DNA of 64,000 bases from Verrucomicrobiota bacterium (GTDB lineage: Bacteria > Verrucomicrobiota > Verrucomicrobiia > Opitutales > Cerasicoccaceae): NCBI GenBank assembly GCA_039818205.1, contig JBCBUK010000002.1, positions 224,001 through 288,000 of the forward strand, read 5' to 3'. Below the pieces are notes generated by a model. The model was not told the origin of the DNA and searched no databases. It saw only the letters and a list, made by a program, of their open reading frames with translations. Shown here in pieces: positions 1-10,252 of the stretch. Within the stretch, counting starts at the first letter, position 1, and every line of letters starts with the position of its first letter. Made by a program: the position numbers and the translations under genes.

Positions 1-1
1 C

Positions 2-1159
2 AGTATTTTTCTCGTCGCCGGATGTACCGAGAGTACGAGTAACACTGCCGAAACCAAGGAGGCAGCCGAGCCCATGGTTGCCGGTAACCCAGCGCCTCGC
101 AGCCATAGTGCAGAATCGGTCTCGTTCTATTCGGAAGGATCGAATAGTCGTGGGCCGAGCACGTCTTCGGTTGCGCCACCACCGCCACCTAGCTCGTCCA
201 CCGTGGCACAGACGACCTACCAAGCGCCTCCTGCCTATACGGCACCCGCGCCGGCTGTCGGTCGATTGCCTTCCTATCAATCCGAGTATGCCGTGCGCGG
301 TCGCCTTCGTTCGATCGGTTCTGATACCATGGACAATATGATGGAGGACTGGGAGAAGGACTTCAAAAGCTATCACCAAGGAATCCTCGTTATCCATGAA
401 GGAAAAGGTTCTTCGACCGCGATCCCAGCATTGGTTGAAGGTCGTTCGGACTTTGGCCCGATGAGCCGCAAAGTAAAACCGACCGAAGCGGACAAGTTTC
501 AGCAGAAGTTTGGCTATGACCCGACTTCCATGCCAGTGGCGATTGATGCGCTTGCGGTTTATGTGCATCCCGAGAATCCGATCAAGGATCGCGGACTTTC
601 TATCGCAGAGCTTGATGCGGTTTTCTCCTCAACCCGTCGTCGCGGCCACTCAACCGAGATCATTACCTGGGGCGACCTTGGACTAACCGGCGAGTGGGCC
701 AATAAGCCAATCAACGTTTATAGCCGCAACAAGGCTTCGGGGACATACGGCTTCTTTAAGGATGAGGTTCTCAACAAGGGTGAATTCAAGACCTCAAATC
801 GCGAGCTGCCTGGGTCGGAAGACGTCGTTCGCTCCATCGAGAATGATCAGTACGGTATCGGGTATAGCGGCTTTGGTTACAAGACCACGTCCGTCGCCAT
901 TGCTCCATTGTCTGTCGCCTCGGGAGCATCACCGGTAGCTGCCAATGAGGTCAACGCGGTTAACGGTTCTTACCCGCTAGCACGTAACCTTTACTTGACG
1001 ATCAATCATCGCCCGGGTGCTGCACCGAAGCCCATGCATGCCGAGTTCATTCGCTATGTCTATAGCGACAACGGACAAAGCAAAGTGCGGGAGAATGGGT
1101 ATTTTCCGATCAGCAATTTGACTGCGACTCAACAGCTCGCTGCTTTGGGAATTCAGTAA
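2..1159 (+). CDS. pstS: Phosphate ABC transporter substrate-binding lipoprotein (PstS family); 5' end lies outside the window
   Basis: The frame is open from base 2 (SIFLVAGCTEST..., lipobox VAGC), followed by a Pro/Ser-rich linker and PstS motifs GSDT, GKGSSTA, MSR, SRNKASGTYGFF and YPLARNLY. Confidence 0.85.
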   Translation, partial: SIFLVAGCTESTSNTAETKEAAEPMVAGNPAPRSHSAESVSFYSEGSNSRGPSTSSVAPPPPPSSSTVAQTTYQAPPAYTAPAPAVGRLPSYQSEYAVRGRLRSIGSDTMDNMMEDWEKDFKSYHQGILVIHEGKGSSTAIPALVEGRSDFGPMSRKVKPTEADKFQQKFGYDPTSMPVAIDALAVYVHPENPIKDRGLSIAELDAVFSSTRRRGHSTEIITWGDLGLTGEWANKPINVYSRNKASGTYGFFKDEVLNKGEFKTSNRELPGSEDVVRSIENDQYGIGYSGFGYKTTSVAIAPLSVASGASPVAANEVNAVNGSYPLARNLYLTINHRPGAAPKPMHAEFIRYVYSDNGQSKVRENGYFPISNLTATQQLAALGIQ

Positions 1160-1185
1160 TATTTTCCGTTTAGCCTAATAGTCAC

Positions 1186-1226
1186 TCGTCCGTCTACTTC
1201 TCCTGAGGTAGGCGGGCGATCTTTTT
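1186..1226 (+). terminator. Intrinsic terminator after pstS
   Basis: Stem tcgtccgtctacttc/gaggtaggcgggcga (with G-U pairs) followed by cttttt. Confidence 0.65.
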
Positions 1227-1370
1227 GCGGGAGCCATTGTCAGAAATTATATCATAAAAATATCGGAGCGGTTCCATCTTAGGTGATATATTGAAGGGAG
1301 CGCTGTTCATCATAATATCTTTAATCTGAACATTCTGCGAGGCCTTGCGGGTTTTCTAAACCTGCGAACA

Positions 1371-2066
1371 ATGAGAAAAAATTACCCTGGCTTCACCTTG
1401 GTGGAGCTCCTAACCGTTATCTCGATTATTGGGATACTTGCGGCGATCCTTATCCCAGCCGTTTCGATATCCATGCAACGGGCCCGCCAGGCCGCTTACG
1501 TTGCCAATGCCAGAACCATTGCAACCGGCCATCAAGCTTATGTGCTTGAGCGGAGCCGCACGACGAATCCCGCCGAGTTGTCGACTATCGGAGACTTTGG
1601 TGCCCTCATGGCACGCTATGGCTACCTTGAATCTGCTGATGTCTTTTTTGCACCGGACGACCCCTTGGCACCAGATCCGGTTCCCCGTTCAGTGGCGGTG
1701 AAATCAGGAAACGAGTGGACCCCATCGCCCGCCTTTGCATCAAGTCCGGCTTACAGTGTGGATGTTGCGATTGGCGTCCCAACCACGGCCCCGGGGTCGA
1801 CGACTCCGTTGGTCTGGGCCCGTGGTTTGGGACAGGACGGCGAATGGTCCGACGATGGAATTTGGGGGCCTGGCATTGGATTCATCGTCTTTTTCGATGG
1901 GCACAGTGAGATCCTGAACGCCATCGGCAACGGAGATGAATCCCGATTATTGCACTACGAAAACCGGTCGAACACGAGCAATGTCCTCGAAGCGCTGCCG
2001 AGCCGGGCAAAAGTCCGCGGCAAAGGGCAGGGTTCTCTCGACGGCAGCTCGGGAACCGGTTCTTAA
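1371..2066 (+). CDS. Prepilin-type N-terminal cleavage/methylation domain protein (type II secretion pseudopilin-like)
   Basis: N-terminal GFTLVELLTVISIIGILAAILIP; C-terminal IVFFDGH resembles the DG motif of PVC prepilin-like proteins. Confidence 0.85.
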   Translation: MRKNYPGFTLVELLTVISIIGILAAILIPAVSISMQRARQAAYVANARTIATGHQAYVLERSRTTNPAELSTIGDFGALMARYGYLESADVFFAPDDPLAPDPVPRSVAVKSGNEWTPSPAFASSPAYSVDVAIGVPTTAPGSTTPLVWARGLGQDGEWSDDGIWGPGIGFIVFFDGHSEILNAIGNGDESRLLHYENRSNTSNVLEALPSRAKVRGKGQGSLDGSSGTGS

Positions 2067-2224
2067 ATTTTTAGGGAAACGCCATAGTTTCCTCGAGTAG
2101 GGAAAATAGACGAGATAGATACAGTGGGGGACGGTCATTGTGGGAATGGCCGTCCCGTTCTGTTAACCCTCGACCTTTCTATGGTGGATTCTAGTGTCCC
2201 GTTTAAACGTTTGCGCCATCGACA

Positions 2225-2719
2225 ATGAGAATTCTCTTAACGCTTGGAAGTCTCTTATACCTAGGTCCGATATTCGGCCTGATCGGGACGGTGATCGGTG
2301 TTATTCAATCGTTTCAGGCGATCGCCGATCAAGGAACGGCCGATGCACAAGTGTTGGCGGAATCAGTCCAAACGGCATTGATCACTACTCAGCTCGGCCT
2401 GATGGCACTACCGTTTGGAGTTATCGCGTTGATTTTAGGCCATGTGCTCAAGTTCTGGAATGAACCGGTGAATGGAGCGATAAAAGACAGCGATAAGAGC
2501 TACGGCACCTGTGCCGCTTTGAATCTATTGTTGGGCTTTATTGGCGCCCACCATTTCTATTCTGGAAGAACGGGGCTTGGCATTTTCTATGCGCTCAGCC
2601 TGGGGGGATTTGTAGTCGGAAAATATTGCGACTTCATTCGGCTGGCATGGGGCAGCTTCACCGATTCGGAGGGCAATCGAATCCGGTTCAAGCGGCAACC
2701 AGCACAATCGGTCAATTGA
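2225..2719 (+). CDS. Membrane protein: MotA/TolQ/ExbB-like helical hairpin fused to a TM2 domain
   Basis: GPIFGLIGTVIGVIQSF...ALITTQLGL (ExbB-like) followed by KSYGTCAALNLLLGFIGAHHFYSG (TM2-like). Confidence 0.65.
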   Translation: MRILLTLGSLLYLGPIFGLIGTVIGVIQSFQAIADQGTADAQVLAESVQTALITTQLGLMALPFGVIALILGHVLKFWNEPVNGAIKDSDKSYGTCAALNLLLGFIGAHHFYSGRTGLGIFYALSLGGFVVGKYCDFIRLAWGSFTDSEGNRIRFKRQPAQSVN

Positions 2720-2767
2720 ACCGTCAGGTGCCTGGATGGCTATATGCGGAAATAGCCTCCGGCTAGC

Positions 2768-3388
2768 CTAGTTGATCTTGGTCTTGGATGTGGTGACGTT
2801 GTCGACGGTGCCCGTACGATCGAAACCGATGAGCGTCTTCTCCTGCACGATACCTTCGTCGACCAGCTGAGTTTCTTGATCCCAGATCCAGATTTCTTCG
2901 CCATCACCTTCCTTGAACGCTTCGAGGGTCGTGGTGTAGTAGGCTTTACCATCAGGAGCACCCACCATGCTGGTCACATCGGCCATGGTTGAGACCTGGC
3001 GGTTGATCGATTTGCTCGCTGCCAAGTTGCGCACGCCCAAGTCATTGGGGTAGCTGCTCCCGTAAAGGTAGCCATTCAGGGTGTCGTCGACAAATTCCAG
3101 AGTAAGTACGCGATAGTCTTCGTGGCCACTATAGCGGTCGATTTTCACGAAGATATACTGAAGGAGCGTAAACTCGTTGAATTCGTTGGAAATGGTTTTT
3201 TCCGCCTTGGGTTCACCAAACATCGCGCGCGCTTGTGCTGGCGTCGTGTTACCGAGGCTCAGGGTGCTGATCTCACGAAAATTAAACATGCGGCCGGCGG
3301 TGGCCGGTGCAGCGTCACGCGTTTTACATCCGGTTAAGAGCGTAATCGCTGCGACAAGGAGGATCGCAGTAGTGTGTAGCTTCTTCAT
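2768..3388 (-). CDS. Lipoprotein with two SmpA/BamE-like repeats
   Basis: Lipobox LLTGC; repeats LSLGNTTPAQARAMFGEP and INRQVSTMADVTSMVGAP. Confidence 0.65.
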   Translation of the reverse strand: MKKLHTTAILLVAAITLLTGCKTRDAAPATAGRMFNFREISTLSLGNTTPAQARAMFGEPKAEKTISNEFNEFTLLQYIFVKIDRYSGHEDYRVLTLEFVDDTLNGYLYGSSYPNDLGVRNLAASKSINRQVSTMADVTSMVGAPDGKAYYTTTLEAFKEGDGEEIWIWDQETQLVDEGIVQEKTLIGFDRTGTVDNVTTSKTKIN

Positions 3389-3413
3389 GATGATCAGTAT
3401 TAATTCGTCACCT

Positions 3414-4961
3414 CTAGCCGTCGATCTTTTCTTCGAGGTGGGCGAATAGTTCGTCCTCGCTCACGCGGATTTGTTCCGTCGTGTCCCGGTCCCGGAGAGT
3501 CACGGTTCCATCTTTTTCGATGGTGTCGAAGTCAACAGTGACACAGAAAGGTGTGCCGATTTCGTCCATCCGGCGGTAGCGTTTGCCAATCTGGCCAGCG
3601 ACATCAAAGAAGACCGGCCAACGACGCTGTAGCTTCTCGTACAGCTTGCGAGCGGTTTCGACGAGTTCCGGCTTATTTTTCAGTAGAGGCAATACCGCCA
3701 CCTTGTATGGCGCGATGCGGGGATGAAGCTTCAACAATACGCGCTTCTCCAGCTTGCCCTTGTCGTTGGGGACCTCGTCTTCGCAATAGGCAGCGGTAAG
3801 GACTGCCAGGAAGGTTCGGTCGACCCCGAGCGACGGCTCGATGACGTGGGGCACGTATTTGAATGGCTCTTGCCCGGCCTGCTTGCGGCCCTCATCGAAG
3901 TATTCCATCGATTTCTTGGAAAACTCCTGATGTTGGCTCAGGTCGAAATCTCCACGGCAGGCGATTCCCCAAAGCTCTTGTTCCCCGTGCGGAAAGTGGA
4001 ACATCAGGTCGGTCGTGGCCTGGGAATAGTGGGCGAGCTTTTCATGAACGTCCTCGGTGATTAGCTCGCGTGGAATACCAATGGATACGAGCCAATCAAT
4101 ACAAGCGTCGAGCCATTCGCGGTGGAGTGACTTCCAATCCGCATCGGGTGCGATAAAGTATTCAATCTCCATTTGCTCGAACTCGCGGGAGCGGAAAATG
4201 AAGTTGCGCGGCGTGATCTCGTTGCGGAAAGCCTTCCCGATCTGGGCAATGCCAAAGGGCACCTTGACGCGACCCGTGTCGACCACGTTGTTGAAATTCG
4301 CGAAAATACCCTGTGCGGTTTCTGGGCGCAGATAAGCGGTTGCAGAGCTGTCGGACAGCGGCCCAACTTTGGTTTCGAACATCAAGTTGAACTCGCGGGG
4401 CTCCGTCAGTGTGCCGAGCTCCGTGGCGTCTGGTCCCAGGGTTTGGCTGCGCTGCTCGTCGGTGGCTTCAGTGATCTCGGTGCCAGTTTTGAGCGCGGCT
4501 TCGTCGACTTCGGCTTTTTTGTCGCCTTTGAGATCACGCACCTTTTTGGCACGCTTGAGAATTTCGGCGTCGTCGGCGTCTTCCATGTACGAGACATTGC
4601 CGCCAAACTCGCCGTTCAGGTTGACGGGTGCAAAAAACAGCTGGTCCGCACGATAGCGGCGCTTGGACTCCTTACAGTCGACCATGGGGTCCGAAAATCC
4701 ACCCACGTGGCCGCTGGCCTCCCAGATGCGGGGATGCATGATGATCGACGAATCGAGCCCCACCACATCGTCACGGCGGTGGACAAAATCCTTCCACCAG
4801 GCCTGCTTGATGTTGTTTTTCAGCTCAACCCCCAGCGGACCATAGTCGAAAAAGCCTTGATAGCCGCCGTACACGTCGGACGACTGGAAAATAAAGCCGC
4901 GGCGCTTGCAGAGCCCGACAAGCGTTTCCATTGAGGGAGTTTTTGTGCTTTCCGTGGACAT
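3414..4961 (-). CDS. glyQS: Glycine--tRNA ligase (homodimeric type)
   Basis: [54 protein letters not shown] and the anticodon-binding domain; start placed at ATG 4961, preceded by GAGG. Confidence 0.96.
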   Translation of the reverse strand: MSTESTKTPSMETLVGLCKRRGFIFQSSDVYGGYQGFFDYGPLGVELKNNIKQAWWKDFVHRRDDVVGLDSSIIMHPRIWEASGHVGGFSDPMVDCKESKRRYRADQLFFAPVNLNGEFGGNVSYMEDADDAEILKRAKKVRDLKGDKKAEVDEAALKTGTEITEATDEQRSQTLGPDATELGTLTEPREFNLMFETKVGPLSDSSATAYLRPETAQGIFANFNNVVDTGRVKVPFGIAQIGKAFRNEITPRNFIFRSREFEQMEIEYFIAPDADWKSLHREWLDACIDWLVSIGIPRELITEDVHEKLAHYSQATTDLMFHFPHGEQELWGIACRGDFDLSQHQEFSKKSMEYFDEGRKQAGQEPFKYVPHVIEPSLGVDRTFLAVLTAAYCEDEVPNDKGKLEKRVLLKLHPRIAPYKVAVLPLLKNKPELVETARKLYEKLQRRWPVFFDVAGQIGKRYRRMDEIGTPFCVTVDFDTIEKDGTVTLRDRDTTEQIRVSEDELFAHLEEKIDG

Positions 4962-5101
4962 AAGCCTCACCCCAAAAACGATTTTCGGGCTCCGGGGCAA
5001 AGAAAATCGTTGCCCTGAGGCGAAAATAACGGTTCATCCTTAATTTTTAGGTGATAAATTCCTCTTGCCTTAACCACCTGATAAATCGTTTTATATATAA
5101 T

Positions 5102-5380
5102 ATGAAATCTACTTCCAAGCTTGTCCTGGCTACGATTGCTCTCGGTATTGCCGCACTTTTCACCGGTTGTGACAGCGTTCCGAGCAACTCCCATGAACTC
5201 TACTCCAAAAACAACCAAGGCTTTAACGCTCTAGGAATCGTTGACGTCTCCCCAGATAGCTACAAGCACATTGGAAATGAGTCTTCGGTCGCTTATTCGA
5301 ACGAATTGGCCAAACGGAAGAACATCTCAGGGGACAACATTTCATTGTTCTGGGGTGCAGTAGTCTTCGCCGACTATTGA
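5102..5380 (+). CDS. Small hypothetical lipoprotein
   Basis: MKSTSKLVLATIALGIAALFTGC signal peptide with lipobox; start placed at ATG 5102. Confidence 0.7.
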   Translation: MKSTSKLVLATIALGIAALFTGCDSVPSNSHELYSKNNQGFNALGIVDVSPDSYKHIGNESSVAYSNELAKRKNISGDNISLFWGAVVFADY

Positions 5381-5408
5381 TTTTTCGACTCTTTCTGCAC
5401 GTCGCTGC

Positions 5409-7091
5409 ATGGGAAGCGTAGCCCCGAGCACGGAACCCGTCAGCAACGTCGCCCGCTTTTTACCCGAAGCCGCAGCGCACCAACCGGATTTCCCGGCGGT
5501 GCGCTTTCCTGTTGGTTATCGTAAGCAAAATCCGCCAGGCCTAGTCAATGGCCAGGGTATCGCATACGAGACCTTGACCTTTGCGGAGCTCGAGCGTCAG
5601 GCCAATGCTTCCGCAACGCTTTTTGCTGAGAAAGGCATCCAACGCGGCACCCGGGTGCTCCTAATGGTCAAGCCGGGCCGGGATTTGATCTTGTCCGTTT
5701 TCGCCCTGTTTAAGATGGGCGCGGTACCCGTGGTGATCGATCCCGGGATGGGGCGAAAACACTTTCTTTCCTGCGTCCGCCGCACTCAGCCGGAGGCGAT
5801 TGTGGGAATTCCGCTGGCTCAATGGCTCAGCCGCCTGTTTTGGAAGGATTTTTCCGCGCTCAAATGCCGCGCCACGGTGGGCACGGCGAAGTTCGGCCGA
5901 CAGATCACCAGTCTTGGTGAGACCAAGTTTGAGCCCGCTGCGACAACCGTGGATGAGCTTGCCGCGATCCTGTTCACCTCCGGTTCGACTGGGCCGCCCA
6001 AAGGGGTTTGCTACGAGCACGGTATGTTCGAGGCCCAGGTGAGGATGATACGTGATCAATACGCGATTGAGCCGGGCGAGGTTGACCTGCCGATGCTTCC
6101 GATCTTCGCATTGTTTAATCCAGCGCTCGGGATGACGACGGTGGTTCCAAAAATGAATCCCAGTAAGCCAGCAACAGTCAATCCCGCTGAGATTGTTCAG
6201 GCGATTCACCAGAATCAAGTCACGAACAGCTTTGGTTCTCCGGTCCTTTGGAACCGCATTGCGACCTATTGCGAGGAGAAGCAATTGCAGTTGCCGAGTT
6301 TGAAACGCATTCTGATGGCTGGTGCAGCTGCCCCACCGTCCTTGATCAAGCGGATGAAGGCGCTCTTACCCAATGGTGAGATTCATACGCCATATGGTGC
6401 AACTGAAGTCTTGCCGGTGGGATCAATATCCGGCTCGGAGATTCTTGCTGATACGCAACAGTTGACCGAGCAAGGCAAGGGTGTCTGCGTTGGGCGTCCA
6501 TTGCCGGAAGTCTCCGCCCAAGTGATCGAGATTCAGGACGGGCCGATCGGTAAGCTGGGCGACGTCCGCGAGTTGCCGTTGGGTCAGATCGGAGAGATCG
6601 TGGTGACCGGCCCTTCTGTGACCAAGGCCTATGACGCGTTGCCTGAAGCGACTGCCAAAGCAAAAATCATTGGCCAAGGGACTACCTATCACCGCATGGG
6701 TGACCTCGGCTACTTCGACCGCGCTGGGCGCCTATGGTTCTGTGGCCGGATGGCTGAGCATGTTGTAACCGACGATGGACCACTCTACACCGAGTGTGTG
6801 GAAGCTATTTTCAATCGACATAAGAAAGTCTTTCGCAGCGCGTTAGTTGGAATTGGCCAGCCTCCCAAGACGCCATGCATCGTCATCGAGCCTGAGCCGG
6901 ACGAATGGCCACAATCCGAGGCCGCCCGATCCACGTTTACCAAAGAGCTCTTGGCGATGGCTGCGAGCAACCCGTTGACTCAGGGGATTAAGGAAGTGCG
7001 CTTTAAGCAAAAATTTCCGGTCGACGTTCGCCACAATGCGAAAATTCATCGTTTGTCGATGGCCCGTGAATTCTCGGAATCCGGGGCATAG
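5409..7091 (+). CDS. oleC: OleC-like AMP-dependent ligase (beta-lactone synthetase family)
   Basis: FTSGSTGPPKG, TPYGATE, HRMGDLGY and the OleC-type C-terminus FPVDVRHNAKIHR; adjacent to an oleD-like gene. Confidence 0.82.
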   Translation: MGSVAPSTEPVSNVARFLPEAAAHQPDFPAVRFPVGYRKQNPPGLVNGQGIAYETLTFAELERQANASATLFAEKGIQRGTRVLLMVKPGRDLILSVFALFKMGAVPVVIDPGMGRKHFLSCVRRTQPEAIVGIPLAQWLSRLFWKDFSALKCRATVGTAKFGRQITSLGETKFEPAATTVDELAAILFTSGSTGPPKGVCYEHGMFEAQVRMIRDQYAIEPGEVDLPMLPIFALFNPALGMTTVVPKMNPSKPATVNPAEIVQAIHQNQVTNSFGSPVLWNRIATYCEEKQLQLPSLKRILMAGAAAPPSLIKRMKALLPNGEIHTPYGATEVLPVGSISGSEILADTQQLTEQGKGVCVGRPLPEVSAQVIEIQDGPIGKLGDVRELPLGQIGEIVVTGPSVTKAYDALPEATAKAKIIGQGTTYHRMGDLGYFDRAGRLWFCGRMAEHVVTDDGPLYTECVEAIFNRHKKVFRSALVGIGQPPKTPCIVIEPEPDEWPQSEAARSTFTKELLAMAASNPLTQGIKEVRFKQKFPVDVRHNAKIHRLSMAREFSESGA

Positions 7092-7150
7092 TTTCGGCCC
7101 AGTACCTTTCCGCATTGCCACCGCGGACTGATGTGTCTTTCTAGCGCGAT

Positions 7151-8137
7151 ATGAAAGTGCTGGTGACCGGTAGTGGCGGATTTTTGGGATCGGAAGTGGT
7201 GACTCTTCTCTTGGCCAGGGGTTATCAAGTGCGCGGCTATGGTCGCTCACCGCAGCCCGAGAACGTGGATCGCGGCGTCGAGGTTCACCCGGGGAACTTA
7301 ACGGATTATGATGCTGTTACCAAAGCGGTTGATGGCTGTGATGCGGTCTTTCACGTGGCGGCCAAGGCCGGCATCTGGGGAGACGATTTTTATGAAACCA
7401 ACGTAACCGGCTCGCGCAATATCCTCAAAGCCTGCCAAGAGCAGGGGGTTTCGCGTTTGGTTTATACGAGTACCCCCAGCGTTGTATTTTCGGGAAAACC
7501 TTTTGAAGGCGGAGATGAGTCGTTGCCACTCAATCCAGATAATGAGCTAAGCCCCTATGCTAAGACGAAGGCCATTGCCGAGGGCGAAATGATCGCGGCA
7601 CATGCTCCGGATAAGCTCCGGATTTGTGCCCTGCGGCCACATTTGATTTGGGGCGTTGGTGACCCGCATCTCGTGCCGCGAGTGGTGGCCAAGGCAAAAA
7701 CCGGACGATTGCGGATCGTGGGGGAGGGTGACAACCAAGTCGACCTCACGCACGTAAAGAACGCAGCCCAAGCGCACCTACTTGCGCTCGACGCGCTGGA
7801 AAAAGGCACTGCTGGGGGCAAGGCGTACTTCCTGTCCGATGGAGCACCGGTGAGTCTCTGGAAATGGATTAATGATTTGTTCGCTCGCTTGGAAGTGCCG
7901 GCCATCGAGAAGAAGATTTCCGCAAACGCAGCGTTCAAGCTGGGTGGAGTTTGTGAGTGGTTGTGGCGAACCTTTAAGTTGTCCGGCGAGCCGCCCATGA
8001 CACGATTTGTGGCGACCGAGCTCGCCAAGAGTCATTGGTTTTCGATCGAAGCAGCGCGTCGTGATCTCGGTTATGAGCCCGCGCTTGATCTCGATGAGGC
8101 CATGAATGATTTGATTGCGGATTTGCAATCTCAGTAA
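7151..8137 (+). CDS. oleD: OleD-like NAD(P)-dependent reductase (3-beta-HSD/epimerase family)
   Basis: TGSGGFLG, FHVAAKAGIWG, YTSTPSVVF, YAKTK, LRPHLIWG and GEPPMTRFVA. Confidence 0.82.
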   Translation: MKVLVTGSGGFLGSEVVTLLLARGYQVRGYGRSPQPENVDRGVEVHPGNLTDYDAVTKAVDGCDAVFHVAAKAGIWGDDFYETNVTGSRNILKACQEQGVSRLVYTSTPSVVFSGKPFEGGDESLPLNPDNELSPYAKTKAIAEGEMIAAHAPDKLRICALRPHLIWGVGDPHLVPRVVAKAKTGRLRIVGEGDNQVDLTHVKNAAQAHLLALDALEKGTAGGKAYFLSDGAPVSLWKWINDLFARLEVPAIEKKISANAAFKLGGVCEWLWRTFKLSGEPPMTRFVATELAKSHWFSIEAARRDLGYEPALDLDEAMNDLIADLQSQ

Positions 8138-8156
8138 ACGCGGCTGACTGTTTCCC

Positions 8157-8579
8157 ATGGCTGAACCCAAGGTTTTTGAGTTTCGTAGTGAGGTTTATTT
8201 TGACGAGTTGGATGCGCTCTGGGTGCTGCATCACAGTCGCTACCTGCACCATTTGGAACGTGCCCAGCAGGCTTTCTTTCAAGCCTTGCTTGGCGTCGAT
8301 GATTTCGACCATCTGCGCGATGAGGACATTTATGTCGTCGTGCGGAACCTGGACATCGATTTCAAATCACCCGTGCGAACCCCGGGCCCAATTCTAATTC
8401 GTTTTCAGTTGGCGCGAATTCGCGCAGCCGGCGTTACCATGGATTTCGAAATCCTATCGGGAGACGGCGAGATCGTCCACTGCGCAGGCAAACGTACGGT
8501 TTGCAAACTATCCGGGGCCACGCACCAACCCGCCGAATGGTCGGCACCGTTCCGCGCCGCGATGGAGGCCTGGAAATAG
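8157..8579 (+). CDS. Acyl-CoA thioesterase (hotdog fold, 4HBT-like)
   Basis: VYFDELDALWVLHHSRYL...ERA and VVRNLDIDFKSP. Confidence 0.8.
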   Translation: MAEPKVFEFRSEVYFDELDALWVLHHSRYLHHLERAQQAFFQALLGVDDFDHLRDEDIYVVVRNLDIDFKSPVRTPGPILIRFQLARIRAAGVTMDFEILSGDGEIVHCAGKRTVCKLSGATHQPAEWSAPFRAAMEAWK

Positions 8580-8591
8580 TTGCTTTGCCGC

Positions 8592-9299
8592 TTAACTCGA
8601 TTTCAGTCGGAAGCAGAATTCCTCTTTCGTACTAGAGACCGCGAATAGCTCATAGCCAGCTTGGCGTAGTTGGCGGATGGCTCGCTTGGAGGGTTTTAAA
8701 CCGACCTCAGGAAATCGATGGTGGAACTCGACGAAGAAATAGCGAGGGCGATCATCCGTTTTTAGAATGTCGTCAATGACATCGTATTCGGCGCCTTCGA
8801 TATCGATCTTGAGGATGTCGATATGGTCGTGCCCAAGCTCTTTCATAATGGTCGCTAGGCGCTTCACCGGAACGGCAACGGAACCATTCGCACAGCTCTC
8901 AATAGAAAGCATGGTATGCGAGACGAAATCAGGATTGTCCGGAGCATTGAACTGCGCTTCGCCGTCGTAGCTGGCAATGCCCAACGGGTGCATGATAAAC
9001 TCCTTGGGGACTTCCTGAGACTTAAGCCACTCGAGCGATTTGGGGGTGGGGTCAAAGGCGTGAATGGTTACCCCGCGGTCGGCAATGAGATCAAGGTCGA
9101 AGGAGATCTCCTCACCAACGCCAAATGAATAGACAATGGAATCTGCCGTGACTTCCTCAGGGATCAATTCCCAGCCGCCAAAGTCGGGCCCGTACCGCTT
9201 GGTGGAAAACGTCGCGTCCAGCTCGGGGTTGAACTCCTGGCCTTGGAGGCGTCGCATCCAGATTCGTTTTTTAACGAGGATCTTATCAATCAGGTTCAC
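8592..9299 (-). CDS. FkbM-family methyltransferase
   Basis: VYSFGVGEEISFD, HAFDPTP and IDILKIDIEGAEY. Confidence 0.85.
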   Translation of the reverse strand: MNLIDKILVKKRIWMRRLQGQEFNPELDATFSTKRYGPDFGGWELIPEEVTADSIVYSFGVGEEISFDLDLIADRGVTIHAFDPTPKSLEWLKSQEVPKEFIMHPLGIASYDGEAQFNAPDNPDFVSHTMLSIESCANGSVAVPVKRLATIMKELGHDHIDILKIDIEGAEYDVIDDILKTDDRPRYFFVEFHHRFPEVGLKPSKRAIRQLRQAGYELFAVSSTKEEFCFRLKSS

Positions 9300-9396
9300 G
9301 GCAGTTTAGTGGTTTTTGTGCAGTTGGTTAGTCGTGCCATTGTTGCAGGTCTGAAGCAAGACAAAGGATGCGCAGGCGGCGGCCAGCTGATTTACC

Positions 9397-10245
9397 TTGT
9401 CGCCGTTTGGCTTGTCGCGAAACTCATACGATTTAACAAAGCACTCAGCCTTGAACGACCGACATTTCAGTAGCTACCCAGTCTTCGGACCAAATGCCGA
9501 TTTGATTGCACCCGAGGAATTGCCCGAGTGGGTGATGATCAATGACGACGATCTCTTGGCGATCGACAAGCCTGGATGGGTGGTTTGCCATCCGTCAAAG
9601 AATGGGCCCTGGTCGAGCCTGGTTGGTGCCTGTCGTGAATGGTCGGGTCTGGAGACCCTTCATTTGATTGCCCGCCTTGATCGTGAGACCAGCGGAGTCG
9701 TGTTGCTGGCCAAGCACAAGGCTGCTGCTCGCAAGCTACAGATCGCGTTTCAGGAGCGAGCCGTTGCCAAGACTTATCATGCGATCCTTGAAGGTGAAAT
9801 GACCGAGCCGATTTCAGTTGATCAGCGTTTGGCGAAGGACTTGGAATCTCCCGTTGCCGCGAAGGTCACGGTTCGCAGATCTAATTCATCTCAACGCGCA
9901 ATTACTCACTTTAACCCATTGGCGATCGGCGGTGGTTACAGCTTGGTGCGTGTCGCTTTGGAGACCGGGCGCAAGCATCAGATCCGAGCGCACGCTGAGT
10001 GGCTTGACCATCGAGTCGCAGGCGACAAAATTTATGGTCCGGACGATACGCTATTCCTTGAGTTTATTGAGCATGGTTGGACCGAACGCCTGGAGGAGCA
10101 CCTTCCGCTGCGTCGCCAGGCCCTGCATTGCACCGAGTTACGATTTGCGGATGGGCTGACGTTTCGCGCACCGTTTGCTTGGGATCTTGCTCAGTTTGCC
10201 AAAGAAAAAATGGGCTTGGAAAGTCTCCCGGACGAGTGCTGCTAG
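9397..10245 (+). CDS. RluA-family pseudouridine synthase (start uncertain; the in-frame TTG at 9451 is possible)
   Basis: AIDKPG, RLDRETSG (catalytic Asp), TGRKHQIRAH, GDKIYG and QALH. Confidence 0.9.
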   Translation: MSPFGLSRNSYDLTKHSALNDRHFSSYPVFGPNADLIAPEELPEWVMINDDDLLAIDKPGWVVCHPSKNGPWSSLVGACREWSGLETLHLIARLDRETSGVVLLAKHKAAARKLQIAFQERAVAKTYHAILEGEMTEPISVDQRLAKDLESPVAAKVTVRRSNSSQRAITHFNPLAIGGGYSLVRVALETGRKHQIRAHAEWLDHRVAGDKIYGPDDTLFLEFIEHGWTERLEEHLPLRRQALHCTELRFADGLTFRAPFAWDLAQFAKEKMGLESLPDECC

Positions 10246-10252
10246 CAGAGCA

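Noticed and set aside
4173..4934. 253-aa plus-strand ORF
   Set aside because: Antisense to glycyl-tRNA synthetase, with no independent evidence.
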